A stretch of 64,000 nt of DNA from an uncultured Bacillota bacterium (GCA_947053645.1 CAMRTM010000002.1:64041-128040), one strand, 5' to 3'. Shown: positions 54,142 to 63,211, counted from the first letter of the stretch. Program-made: numbers and translations. Notes: a model not told the origin generated them from the sequence alone.

Positions 54142-55984
54142 AGAAAATAAAATTGTTGAAGAAGTGCTTGAAGATTTTAAAGCAAGGTCACTTCAAAGAA
54201 AGCCATTTGAAATTTCATGGCAGATTAATATGAATTTCTTGATGGGAAATCAATATTGCAATATCGGATATGGTGGGGAACTTGAAGAAAGCGAGAAAGG
54301 TTATTTCTGGCAGGAGCGAGAAATTTTCAATCATATAGCACCAATTTACGATGTAAGATGTGCAAAATTATTTAAATCTAAACCACATTTTGTAGTTGTG
54401 CCTGCAACCAACGATGAAAGAGATAAGCAGGCTTCAAAAGTATCAAAAAAGATACTTGACTCGGTACAGTACAAACTAGGCATGGAGAATTTAATTGAAC
54501 AGGCTATCAAGTGGAGCGAGGTTTGTGGAACCGCTTTTTATAAAGTTACATGGAACAGCGAGTCTGGTCAACTTATTGCTAAGGATGAGAATGGTAAAGA
54601 TATTCGTGGCGGTGAAGTGGAGGTAGAGGTTGTAAGCCCATTTGAAATCTTTCCTGACTCGTCAACTTGCGAGGACATTAGCGAGTGTCAAAGCATTATC
54701 CATGCAAGAGTGCTTTCAGTAAGTCAAATTAAGGCAATGTATGGCATAGATGTTGTAGGCAAAACTATAAACTGCTATAGTCTTGACAATGTTGTTTCAG
54801 GGCTAGGCGGACTTGGTTACAATGCGACCGCTACAAAACTCATTGAAGGTGCGAAAAGCAATAGTGGACTTGTCCTTGAAAAATACATAAGACCTAATAC
54901 AGAATACCCAGATGGAAGATTAATAATAGTTGCAGGTGACAGACTTGTCTATGATGGCGCTCTTCCATATCTATGTGGAGAAGACAAATTAAGAGATTTC
55001 CCATTTGTAAGACAGATAAGTCTTGAAAAAACAGGCTGTTTCTGGGGTAGTAGTGTTATTGAAAGGCTTATTCCAGTACAAAGGGCATATAACGCAGTAA
55101 AAAACCGTAAGCATGAATTTATCAATCGCTTGACCCTTGGTGTACTTAGTGTGGAAGACGGTTCTGTCGACCTCGATAATCTTGAAGATGAAGGTCTTTG
55201 CCCTGGAAAAGTGCTTGTTTATAGGCAGGGAGCAAATGCACCAAGATATTTAAATGGTGAGGCTATTCCAGCGGGCTTTGCGGATGAGGAAGAAAAACTA
55301 CTTGATGAGTTTAATAGGGTAAGTGGGGTTAGTGATACACTCGGTACCGATTATATGAATTCAAACATGAGTGGTACTGCCCTTGAACTTATGATAGGGC
55401 AAGATGAAGTTAGACTTAATACAACCTCGCATAGTATTCGTGCTGCCGCACTAAATGTAATGAAAAAGGTGCTAAGACTTTACAAGCAATTTGCACTCTT
55501 CCCACGCCTTGCAAGAATAATTGGAGAAAATGGGCAAATTGAATCCTTTTATTTCTCGTCAAATGATATTTCAAGTGACGATGTTGTAATAGATACCCAA
55601 GGTGATGCAAGTGACAGTTTAACTACAAGGCGAGATATGATATTTAATCTTTTAAATGCAGGGGTGCTTTATGACGAGGAAGGTAAACTTACAAACAGAA
55701 TGAAGGGGAAGATTTTGGAAATGTTGGGGCTTGGACTATGGCAAAACGCTCAGGATGTTCAGGAACTTCATATCAAGAAAGCGGGAAATGAAAATCTTAA
55801 AATGCTTTCTGGTATCAATGTGAATGTAAGTGAGATTGACGATCATGATTTACATATCTCTGAACACATTGCCTTTATGCTTGGTAGTGATTATGAAAAT
55901 GCAAAACAAAAGAATGCAAAACTTGAATCTTTATATTTAAATCATATAAAAGAACATAAAAAATTACAAAAAATGGAGGATTAA
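54131..55984 (+). CDS. putative phage portal protein
   Basis: 617 aa with no Walker A, so it is not a terminase. Sits directly upstream of the scaffold and capsid genes. The N-terminal ...ISWQINMNFLMGNQY... is portal-like. Confidence 0.6.
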   Translation: MKSKENKIVEEVLEDFKARSLQRKPFEISWQINMNFLMGNQYCNIGYGGELEESEKGYFWQEREIFNHIAPIYDVRCAKLFKSKPHFVVVPATNDERDKQASKVSKKILDSVQYKLGMENLIEQAIKWSEVCGTAFYKVTWNSESGQLIAKDENGKDIRGGEVEVEVVSPFEIFPDSSTCEDISECQSIIHARVLSVSQIKAMYGIDVVGKTINCYSLDNVVSGLGGLGYNATATKLIEGAKSNSGLVLEKYIRPNTEYPDGRLIIVAGDRLVYDGALPYLCGEDKLRDFPFVRQISLEKTGCFWGSSVIERLIPVQRAYNAVKNRKHEFINRLTLGVLSVEDGSVDLDNLEDEGLCPGKVLVYRQGANAPRYLNGEAIPAGFADEEEKLLDEFNRVSGVSDTLGTDYMNSNMSGTALELMIGQDEVRLNTTSHSIRAAALNVMKKVLRLYKQFALFPRLARIIGENGQIESFYFSSNDISSDDVVIDTQGDASDSLTTRRDMIFNLLNAGVLYDEEGKLTNRMKGKILEMLGLGLWQNAQDVQELHIKKAGNENLKMLSGINVNVSEIDDHDLHISEHIAFMLGSDYENAKQKNAKLESLYLNHIKEHKKLQKMED

Positions 55985-55987
55985 AAA

Positions 55988-56602
55988 ATGGATGAAGATA
56001 GAGAACAACCAGTTATGGAACCGACAGATGTTTCGATTGAAACGAGTGAGGAAAGAGTTGTGAGTGAAACTGGCTCTCAAAATGACACCGCTCGACAAGC
56101 ACAGCCCGAGCAAGGAAATTACGGCAAGTTTAAAACGCTGGAAGCATTACTTTCTGCTTATGCGAATTTGGAAGCCGAATTTACTAAAAAGTGTCAAAAG
56201 CTAAGTCAATATGAGAAAGAAAAAACAGGGAAGGAAGGTAGTATCGACGAAAAACTTTCCCAGTTCCTTTCAAAAAATGAGGAGGCTTCAACCTATGCCG
56301 AGGAGGTTAAAGAAATTGTAAATTCTGAGGCAGAAACAGGGGAGTTTGATTCTGCGCTCGCGAAGATAGTACTAGACCGCGTAGCACAGAAAAAGGTGGA
56401 CGACCCTATGGTAAATCGTTACATACTTTCTAGTGACGAATTGAAAAACAAGGTAATTGAAAATTATCTTAACGCTCTTAAGGAGCAAAAACCACCAGTT
56501 GTAATTTCTTCTCAAAAAGGTGAGAGGGTGTCAAGCACCATGCCTGACACTCCAACCTCACTATCTGAGGCGAAAAAAATGGTGGAAAAAATGTTTAGTT
56601 AA
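55988..56602 (+). CDS. putative capsid scaffolding protein
   Basis: 204 aa, acidic N-terminus, helical or coiled-coil character. Position between portal and capsid. Confidence 0.55.
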   Translation: MDEDREQPVMEPTDVSIETSEERVVSETGSQNDTARQAQPEQGNYGKFKTLEALLSAYANLEAEFTKKCQKLSQYEKEKTGKEGSIDEKLSQFLSKNEEASTYAEEVKEIVNSEAETGEFDSALAKIVLDRVAQKKVDDPMVNRYILSSDELKNKVIENYLNALKEQKPPVVISSQKGERVSSTMPDTPTSLSEAKKMVEKMFS

Positions 56603-56616
56603 AAAAGGAGAAAATT

Positions 56617-57813
56617 ATGGTAACATTACAAACAGCCGAAAACGCTTTAAAGTCTGTTTATCTTGGAGTGGTTGCTGACCAAATCAACATTTCAACAAGC
56701 CCACTTTTTGCCAAGATTAAACGCTCTTCAAAGGATATTTACGGCAAAGAAATTGTAAAAGCCGCTCCATTTGGAGTAAACGGCGGCTTTGGTGCTGGCG
56801 GAGAAACAGATCCTCTTCCAGTTGCTGGAAATAACAATTATGCTCAGTTTAGGGCAACACTTAAAAACCTTTATGGTAAATTTGAAATCAGTGATAAGGC
56901 AGTACGCGCATCTGCAAGCAATGCAGGGGCATTTGTAAATCTTCTTGCTGATGAAATGGAAACTCTTGTGAAATCTTGTAGTTTCAACCTTAACAGAATG
57001 CTTTACGGTGCAGGAGATGGCATTGTTGCCACTGTAAATAGTGTTGATACAACAAAAAATGAAGTTACCTGCGACAGCGTAAGAAACATAGTTGAAGGAA
57101 TGATGCTTGATGTTTATGCGTCTTCTGGAAAATCAAACACCACTCCAGTGAGAGTAGTTGCAGTTGACAGAGTAGCAAACAAGTTTAAGTATGAAGGCAC
57201 ACATACTATCGCCGCAACAGATAAATTATATATCCAAGGTTCAAAAGATAAGGAACTTACAGGTATAGAGGCACTTTTCACAGGCGACACACTTTATGGT
57301 CTTAACAAAAGTGATTTTTACTGGCTTAATTCTTTCCAAGATAAAACCGAAGGCGAAATTTCTGATATAAGAATTCAATCTGCTATTGATTTCCTTGAAG
57401 AGAATGCAGATTCAAAAATCAACTTTATTGCAACTTCTAGAAAGATTAGAAGAGCATACCAAGAATATCTTAACATTTATAGAAAGAATGTTGACATTGT
57501 AGACCTTGGAAATGGAATTAAAACTATCACACACAATGGAATACCAGTATACGCTGACAGATTCGTAAAAGAGGGAGATATGTATTTACTAAATACTGAC
57601 GACTTCACTTTATACGAACTTGGCGACTGGAGCTGGATAGAGGACGAAGCGGGCAGAGTAATTAGACAAAATGCAGGCTATCCTACATACAGCGCAACCC
57701 TTGTAAAATATGGCGAACTTATTTGTGACAAACCATATGGACAAGGCAAGATATCAAACATATCTGCATCTGTAAATGACCCATATAAAACATATATACC
57801 AGCAGGCGTATAA
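56617..57813 (+). CDS. putative major capsid protein
   Basis: 398 aa, strong AAGGAG Shine-Dalgarno, position after the scaffold, followed by a hairpin (aaaagcaaaagtgatttcacttttgctttt). Confidence 0.55.
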   Translation: MVTLQTAENALKSVYLGVVADQINISTSPLFAKIKRSSKDIYGKEIVKAAPFGVNGGFGAGGETDPLPVAGNNNYAQFRATLKNLYGKFEISDKAVRASASNAGAFVNLLADEMETLVKSCSFNLNRMLYGAGDGIVATVNSVDTTKNEVTCDSVRNIVEGMMLDVYASSGKSNTTPVRVVAVDRVANKFKYEGTHTIAATDKLYIQGSKDKELTGIEALFTGDTLYGLNKSDFYWLNSFQDKTEGEISDIRIQSAIDFLEENADSKINFIATSRKIRRAYQEYLNIYRKNVDIVDLGNGIKTITHNGIPVYADRFVKEGDMYLLNTDDFTLYELGDWSWIEDEAGRVIRQNAGYPTYSATLVKYGELICDKPYGQGKISNISASVNDPYKTYIPAGV

Positions 57814-57857
57814 AAAGCAAAAGTGATTTCACTTTTGCTTTTATTAAGGGAGGAAAA

Positions 57858-58175
57858 ATGAAAGATTACATATTAATTGAAAATGACCCATTATTCATTA
57901 CCGACAGACTTAGGGAAATAGATAAGACCTACTTTGTGCTTTATAATTTAAGGCTTAAACGATATGAGGTGCATTCAAGCGGACAGGTTGGGGGAAGTTA
58001 TTGTTTCAGCCTGCCCTTTTCCTCCCTTGACGAGCGAATGGTAACCGAGTGCCTTCGCACAAGGCGAGAGAATATAGACAAAGTCATCAAACAACTTGAT
58101 GAAGAAAATGAAAAATTAGAAAAGCGTCTTGTGCGAGAGGCGATAGAAAAATATGTGGAGGTGAACATATGTTAG
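57858..58175 (+). CDS. phage-island hypothetical protein
   Basis: 105-aa ORF with GGGAGG Shine-Dalgarno. Confidence 0.5.
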   Translation: MKDYILIENDPLFITDRLREIDKTYFVLYNLRLKRYEVHSSGQVGGSYCFSLPFSSLDERMVTECLRTRRENIDKVIKQLDEENEKLEKRLVREAIEKYVEVNIC

Positions 58176-58732
58176 CATATGAAGTGATAAAAGCTGCGTG
58201 TCAGTTTTCTGATAATGACGCCCTTGCTGATAAGATAATGTCGGGGGAGGATTTTGATACCAGTTTTACGGAGGAAGAAAAGTTGACACTTACAAGATAT
58301 TTGGAGTGCTTAAACTATCTACAAGAAGAGGTAGCAAGTGAATTCAAACCACTTAAAACCACAGAAAAATTCAAAACCGAAAATTTTAAGATAGATTTTT
58401 CAGTTTTTAAAAAAACACCGCTTCAAATTCTTTCTGTTAAGGACTTAAAGGGGGGAAAGGTAAAGTTTAAAGTTTTTCCTACCTACCTTATGGCTTTTGC
58501 AAACGAGGTGGAGGTCACCTATGGTGCCACCCCCGAAAAGCTCGACTTTGATAGCCCAATAGAGGTGGATTTGCCACAAAGAGTGCTAGGCTATGGCGTG
58601 GCACGGGAATACTATCTCAGGCAGGGACTGACAGAAGATGCTGAAATCTGGGAAAGTCGATTTAAGGGAAGTTTAAAACTCATTCTAAGAAAGCGGGCAG
58701 GTACCACCTTGCCTAGGAGGAGGTGGCTGTAA
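58169..58732 (+). CDS. phage-island hypothetical protein (connector/adaptor-sized)
   Basis: 187-aa ORF that overlaps its neighbours by 7 and 10 nt. Confidence 0.5.
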   Translation: MLAYEVIKAACQFSDNDALADKIMSGEDFDTSFTEEEKLTLTRYLECLNYLQEEVASEFKPLKTTEKFKTENFKIDFSVFKKTPLQILSVKDLKGGKVKFKVFPTYLMAFANEVEVTYGATPEKLDFDSPIEVDLPQRVLGYGVAREYYLRQGLTEDAEIWESRFKGSLKLILRKRAGTTLPRRRWL

Positions 58733-60204
58733 TGTTTAATGAAAATAAACTTAAAGTCACGAAAAAAGATAAAAAAACTTTTAAATTTGATTTATTTAAT
58801 AAGTGCCCTATAGGTGATAGGAACGAGGAGGAGATGACTTACAGCGAGCCGACGCTATGCTATAACTTCAAGGTGACAAAATGTGGTCTTGAAAATGGTT
58901 ATGGTGTAAGGGACTTGCAAATGCCGCTTTCCACTACCGACCTTGAAACCGAGGCGGTAGTACCAATTAATGGAAATGAAGTAAGAAGAATGTGGAGTTT
59001 TACTTGGGAAGATAATAATGCAAATGTTCTAAAATACTATTTGTTTTACTTTAACGAAAATCATCAAATTAATTATGAAAATATGTTTTGGACAAGGCCG
59101 ATAAGAATTTCCTTTGACACTGAGTACACATCAACGCCGGTTGGTCTTAGTTACCGTATAAATGGTTATGACTATATGATATTTTCCACACAGGACGGCG
59201 ATGTTTATGTGTTCGGTGCGGGTTATGATAAATATCTTGAAGGCGCACCAAAACTGATTTCCTGCTGTACCCACGATGATAGACTTTATGCCCTAACAAG
59301 TAAAGCAAGACATAGCCTTGTCTACTCTACCAACCTTAATATTATGGAGTGGAAAGATGACACCACTCAGCACCTTGAATTTAGTGACGAGCGTGGAAAT
59401 CTAACCAAAGTGATGTCTTTTAATGATTATCTTTATGTATTCCGCGAGTTTGGTATAACGAGGGTGTCCACCTATTCGACTTCCGGCGAGTTTAGTATAA
59501 GGCATATGTTTCAGTCGACAAGTTACATTCATACCGGCTCGATAGCCTCAAACGGAGAAGATGTCTACTTTCTTACCACCGAGGGCTTTTACAGTTTCGA
59601 TGGAAACTCTGTAAAAGAGGTGGCACTTGACTGCTTCCCGCAAATCGAGGATTTGTCAAAGTGTAGTGCGGAGTGCTTTGAGAATAAGTATTATCTTGCC
59701 TGCCGCATGAAGTTTGATAAGCGAAGTGAGGGCTGTGAAAGCGGCGAGTATATAAACAATGCGGTACTAATCTATGACACCAAAAAAGAAGAGGTGGAAA
59801 TATTAAGGGGAGTTGATGTAAACCAACTTCTTGCACTCAATAACCCACTTAAAAGCAAACTTGTTATGTGCTTTAATGGGGATATGGTGGGACATGTCGG
59901 CGAACTTTCGTGTGAAGGCACAAGTTTTGGACAGAGCCAGCATAAAGTATGGCAAAACTCCTTTTCAGACTTTGACCTTGGCGAAGGGGTGAAAAAGGTG
60001 GAGCATTTTGAGATAAAAACCTCAGCACCTTGCAAAGTTACCCTTGAAAGCGAAAAAGAAAATAGGGTATATAATCTTAAAGGCAGCGAGAGGGCTAAAC
60101 TTGTAAAAAGCGGTCTAATCGGAAAGCGTGTAAGAGTAACTATCGAGAGTGATAGTGACAAGATAAAAATTTCATCTTTTAAATTAATTTTGAGCGTGCA
60201 ATGA
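58723..60204 (+). CDS. phage-island large structural protein (beta-rich; possible tail-tube, nozzle or propeller-like)
   Basis: 493-aa ORF. Repeated aromatic-Gly beta-strand patterns (DYMIFSTQDGDVYVFG, DRLYALTS, DYLYVFREFG, DVYFLTTEGFYSFDG). Confidence 0.5.
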   Translation: MAVMFNENKLKVTKKDKKTFKFDLFNKCPIGDRNEEEMTYSEPTLCYNFKVTKCGLENGYGVRDLQMPLSTTDLETEAVVPINGNEVRRMWSFTWEDNNANVLKYYLFYFNENHQINYENMFWTRPIRISFDTEYTSTPVGLSYRINGYDYMIFSTQDGDVYVFGAGYDKYLEGAPKLISCCTHDDRLYALTSKARHSLVYSTNLNIMEWKDDTTQHLEFSDERGNLTKVMSFNDYLYVFREFGITRVSTYSTSGEFSIRHMFQSTSYIHTGSIASNGEDVYFLTTEGFYSFDGNSVKEVALDCFPQIEDLSKCSAECFENKYYLACRMKFDKRSEGCESGEYINNAVLIYDTKKEEVEILRGVDVNQLLALNNPLKSKLVMCFNGDMVGHVGELSCEGTSFGQSQHKVWQNSFSDFDLGEGVKKVEHFEIKTSAPCKVTLESEKENRVYNLKGSERAKLVKSGLIGKRVRVTIESDSDKIKISSFKLILSVQ

Positions 60205-60321
60205 TAGTTTTCAATATGAATTACATAAAGTTCGTCAATAGAAAAAAGTTAATTGAAGAGGAGAAACTTATGGAAGATATATTCAAAAAATCGGAGAAAA
60301 CACAACTGGCGAAAAAGCAAA

Positions 60322-60555
60322 ATGGGAATTTGGAATGAAATTATAAGTGTGGTTGTAAGTAACGGAATATTTGCCACACTTTTTGTATTCTTGTTTTTTT
60401 ATCAATTAAAAGATAGTTCAAAGCGTGAAAAAGCCTACCAAGAAACGATAGAAAATCTTACCGAGCATCTGCAGATAATCGAGGATGTAAGGGGAGAGGT
60501 AACCGAACTTAAAACCCATATACTTAAGGAGGAAGAAAGTGAAAGAGAAAATTAA
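60322..60555 (+). CDS. BhlA/UviB family holin-like peptide
   Basis: MGIWNEIISVVVSNGIFATLFVFLFFYQLKDSSKREKAYQETIENLTEHLQIIEDV follows the BhlA/UviB pattern (TM segment, then LK..SKRE..YQE.I..L). The start at ATG 60322 was chosen by family length. Confidence 0.7.
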   Translation: MGIWNEIISVVVSNGIFATLFVFLFFYQLKDSSKREKAYQETIENLTEHLQIIEDVRGEVTELKTHILKEEESEREN

Positions 60556-60805
60556 ATCTTATGGCTTTTGGACGGCTCTTGCTGGTGCTATGGTTGTGCT
60601 TGTAGACGCACTTGGCGATCTGTTTGGATTCAGCGTAAGTGATGAGATAGTGTCAGGCGTCGTAATGGCGGTTGCAGGCGTGCTTGTAGTACTTGGAGTT
60701 GTCACTATGCCAAAAAGCGAAAAGAAAGAGGAAAACGCGGAAAAAGAAAATTTTATCGAAGACAATAAAACTGACAAAGAAGATAAAGAAAAAGAGGGGG
60801 AATAA
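60539..60805 (+). CDS. phage holin (two-TM, small)
   Basis: GTG start after AAGGAGG. KSYGFWTALAGAMVVLVDALGDLFG plus a second TM segment, then a charged Lys/Glu tail. Confidence 0.65.
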   Translation: MKEKIKSYGFWTALAGAMVVLVDALGDLFGFSVSDEIVSGVVMAVAGVLVVLGVVTMPKSEKKEENAEKENFIEDNKTDKEDKEKEGE

Positions 60806-60819
60806 CCCCTCTTTTTTTT
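60793..60819 (+). terminator. terminator of the phage-like operon
   Basis: agagggg-gaataa-cccctct followed by T8. Confidence 0.85.
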
Positions 60820-60944
60820 GTAATTCCTTTATCTTTATAATTATAATTTTTTTGCCTACTTTGAAAAAGTAGGTCGTTTGTAGGGGGTCGGGGAGAATCG
60901 AAACTCCCCGAGTCTTTTGAATACTTTTCTAGCATAGAAAAGTA

Positions 60945-62909
60945 TTATTGAACTACTCCAAGTCCCGTATAGAACTTGTAATTTGTTGTATAGTCGCCAA
61001 TAACTTTAAGCACTTCAAAGTTGATTTCAAGATAGTCGCAGTCTTCTGACGCAGTAAATGCTTTAGGGTTTAGCCTGCCGTAACTATAGTAGTTGTTTGT
61101 TGCCTCGTTGGACGCTTCCACAAGTTCGTAATAGTTTTTGGCAATGCCAGTACCAGTAAGAGGGTGTGGCTGACTGCGTGACACCGTGCCGTCATATTTC
61201 ATATCAGGGTGGTGGAGTTGTCCGCCAGCCATTTCAGTAGTAAATGGATTTATCGTGTAGCCCTTTCTTGTTTCCTTATCAAGCCCGAACAGCATCATTG
61301 TGCTGCCCTCAGCCCCATAATCATGTGGGCCGTCTTTTACTCTTATCGTTTCGGTTGCCACCGTCTTACGCTGTCCGCCTTTGTTGTAGATATTGATGTA
61401 AACCTTGATGTCGATTGCGGAGTTTGTAACCTTGTCATCTCCGTCATCGCCAGCATCATACTTGAAGTGTAGGGAGAGGTTGTCAACCGTAAACGCATCT
61501 CTAAACATAAGCACCACGCTTTGGTATTCCATTGCTTCTATGTTTTTGAATGGGTCATCACTTGCCACCATAAAGTTTGTGCCGTAATAGTCTTTTATAT
61601 ATGAGGCTGGGAATCTGTCAGTAATGCCGGGGTTTCCACCTTCCTCACTGCCGATGTGAACTTGGGTACTTACCGCCTCTACAATATTTGCCACAACATT
61701 GGTGTAATCGCGTTTTACATTTATAGGTGCATTTTCTTTAATCTTTACTAAATCTTGTACAGTTTCACCGGCCTCATTTTTATATTCGTAAATTGCATAT
61801 TCATTTTGTGCCACATAGTCAGCCTCTATAGCATTTTTACCGATTACATTGTTTAATATATAATTTACAAGTTTTGCCTGCTTTGTCTCGGAGAAACCTA
61901 CATATGTTCCAATCTTATTAAAAATATTTTTAATGTATGTAAGTGCTTCATCTACTTCCAGTTCCTCTTGCCCTTGCTTAATTTTTACTTGTGGGGTGCC
62001 GTCTGTTTGTAATGTCACTTTCACTTCCCCAGGGTTTATATCAAGTGTAATGCAATATATTACATATTCAAGTGCCTTCACATAATTACTATAACCTTTG
62101 GTATAAAAGCCCGTTGTTTCGTCTTTTTCTGCTTGTTGCGATTCTGTGCCGAGGTACATTAACCGATATTCCTTTTGTCGTTGATAATAAAAAACTTCAT
62201 TATTACTAAAGTATAGATTTTCACCATCTATCTTTCCGTATGTATTCGCTAATACAGTATTTGTTGTATTCTCTACAGGAGGGTTATTAGTTCCATTATA
62301 GTATATAGATGCTATGGGCTGTACAAAACTTCCAAAAGTCCAGTTCCAAGAATTATCAGTATCAACTACTATTGTTACTAATTCTTTTTCATCAAAATCG
62401 CCAGTCACCTCATCAAAATATTTTCCATTAAGTTCTGTTTTTCCTGTTGTATCGGTGCCGCTTGGTATTTCTACATATTTTTTAGTATATTGCTTTTCTT
62501 CATATAAGTTATATCTTATAGTATCGTAAAAATATTTTGTTTCTGCATTTTCATTGAGATATTCTTTTCTTTCTGTTTCATCCAATGAAAAAGTGCCGAA
62601 TGTTCTTTCCAGATCATCTAAAATACGCCAAGCATATTGGCCATAGTATTCTTGGTTTCCAGTTCCTACCGTACCTTCTCCGTCATAATCATAATTTTCA
62701 GGACGGTATAACACTTTTGCACCATGTAGGGGAACGGGCATATTGTTTTTAAGTTGCTCTTGAAGCTGTTCATATGTAATTTCGCCGCGGTTAAATTTAT
62801 CAATAAGGTCGTCATGCCAGCCTGAGTCATTACCAAAGCAGCCCACGCTTAAAAGTGCGAAGGAAGCGATAAAGATAAAACTCATAATCCTAGCAAATAT
62901 TTTTCTCAT
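60945..62909 (-). CDS. large lipoprotein of unknown function
   Basis: 654 aa. Signal peptide with lipobox (FALLSVGC). No recognisable catalytic motif. Confidence 0.75.
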   Translation of the reverse strand: MRKIFARIMSFIFIASFALLSVGCFGNDSGWHDDLIDKFNRGEITYEQLQEQLKNNMPVPLHGAKVLYRPENYDYDGEGTVGTGNQEYYGQYAWRILDDLERTFGTFSLDETERKEYLNENAETKYFYDTIRYNLYEEKQYTKKYVEIPSGTDTTGKTELNGKYFDEVTGDFDEKELVTIVVDTDNSWNWTFGSFVQPIASIYYNGTNNPPVENTTNTVLANTYGKIDGENLYFSNNEVFYYQRQKEYRLMYLGTESQQAEKDETTGFYTKGYSNYVKALEYVIYCITLDINPGEVKVTLQTDGTPQVKIKQGQEELEVDEALTYIKNIFNKIGTYVGFSETKQAKLVNYILNNVIGKNAIEADYVAQNEYAIYEYKNEAGETVQDLVKIKENAPINVKRDYTNVVANIVEAVSTQVHIGSEEGGNPGITDRFPASYIKDYYGTNFMVASDDPFKNIEAMEYQSVVLMFRDAFTVDNLSLHFKYDAGDDGDDKVTNSAIDIKVYINIYNKGGQRKTVATETIRVKDGPHDYGAEGSTMMLFGLDKETRKGYTINPFTTEMAGGQLHHPDMKYDGTVSRSQPHPLTGTGIAKNYYELVEASNEATNNYYSYGRLNPKAFTASEDCDYLEINFEVLKVIGDYTTNYKFYTGLGVVQ

Positions 62910-62976
62910 GACTATAGTATATATTAAATAAATAAAATTAGCAATAGATTTAAAGATAAATTTTGAAACGCTGACT

Positions 62977-63021
62977 CTAGATCCTTCGACTTCGCTTTGC
63001 TCCGCTCAGGATGACAGGGGG
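62977..63021 (-). repeat. dispersed repeat, variant copy D
   Basis: Minus-strand reading: ctGTCATCCTGAGCGgagcaaagcgaagtcGAAGGATCTAga. Confidence 0.6.
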
Positions 63022-63068
63022 CTTCATGCCATTTCGACCGAGCGGCATCGCACTAGTAGTAAAGTCTC
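63022..63068 (+). repeat. dispersed repeat, variant copy E
   Basis: cttcatGCCATTTCGACCGaGCGGcatcgcactagtagtaaAGTCTc. Lies head to head with copy D. Confidence 0.55.
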
Positions 63069-63150
63069 AAAATTTACTGACATAAATTTTATACGACCAG
63101 CCTGCTAGGCTCGCCTTTCCCCAAAAACAGCAAGTGTTTTCGGGGTGCCC

Positions 63151-63186
63151 CTTCATGTCATTTCGACCGTAGCGGAGAAATCTATT
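63151..63186 (+). repeat. dispersed repeat, copy F
   Basis: cttcatGTCATTTCGACCGtaGCGGAGAAATCTAtt. Confidence 0.8.
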
Positions 63187-63211
63187 AAAAAAGAGGGGGT
63201 ACCCTCTTTTT
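63187..63211. terminator. bidirectional hairpin terminator downstream of the minus-strand gene 63256-64000
   Basis: aaaaaagaggg-ggta-ccctcttttt. Confidence 0.7.

Larger units (their letters stand above)
53640..60819 (+). mobile_element. phage-derived head-gene island (incomplete prophage or domesticated capsid module)
   Basis: Ten co-directional ORFs, six of the nine junctions overlapping by 7-17 nt. Phage head-module order: TerS-like, small Zn-ribbon ORF, portal, scaffold, capsid, three structural ORFs, then BhlA-like peptide and holin. Ends at a strong terminator. Confidence 0.7.

Noticed and set aside
60885-60912. tRNA T-arm-like hairpin (ggggag-aatcgaaa-ctcccc) as a possible att or tRNA remnant at the island border
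   Set aside because: The loop is 8 nt and lacks the TTCRA consensus. There is no acceptor-stem complement or CCA context, so it is more simply an intergenic hairpin.
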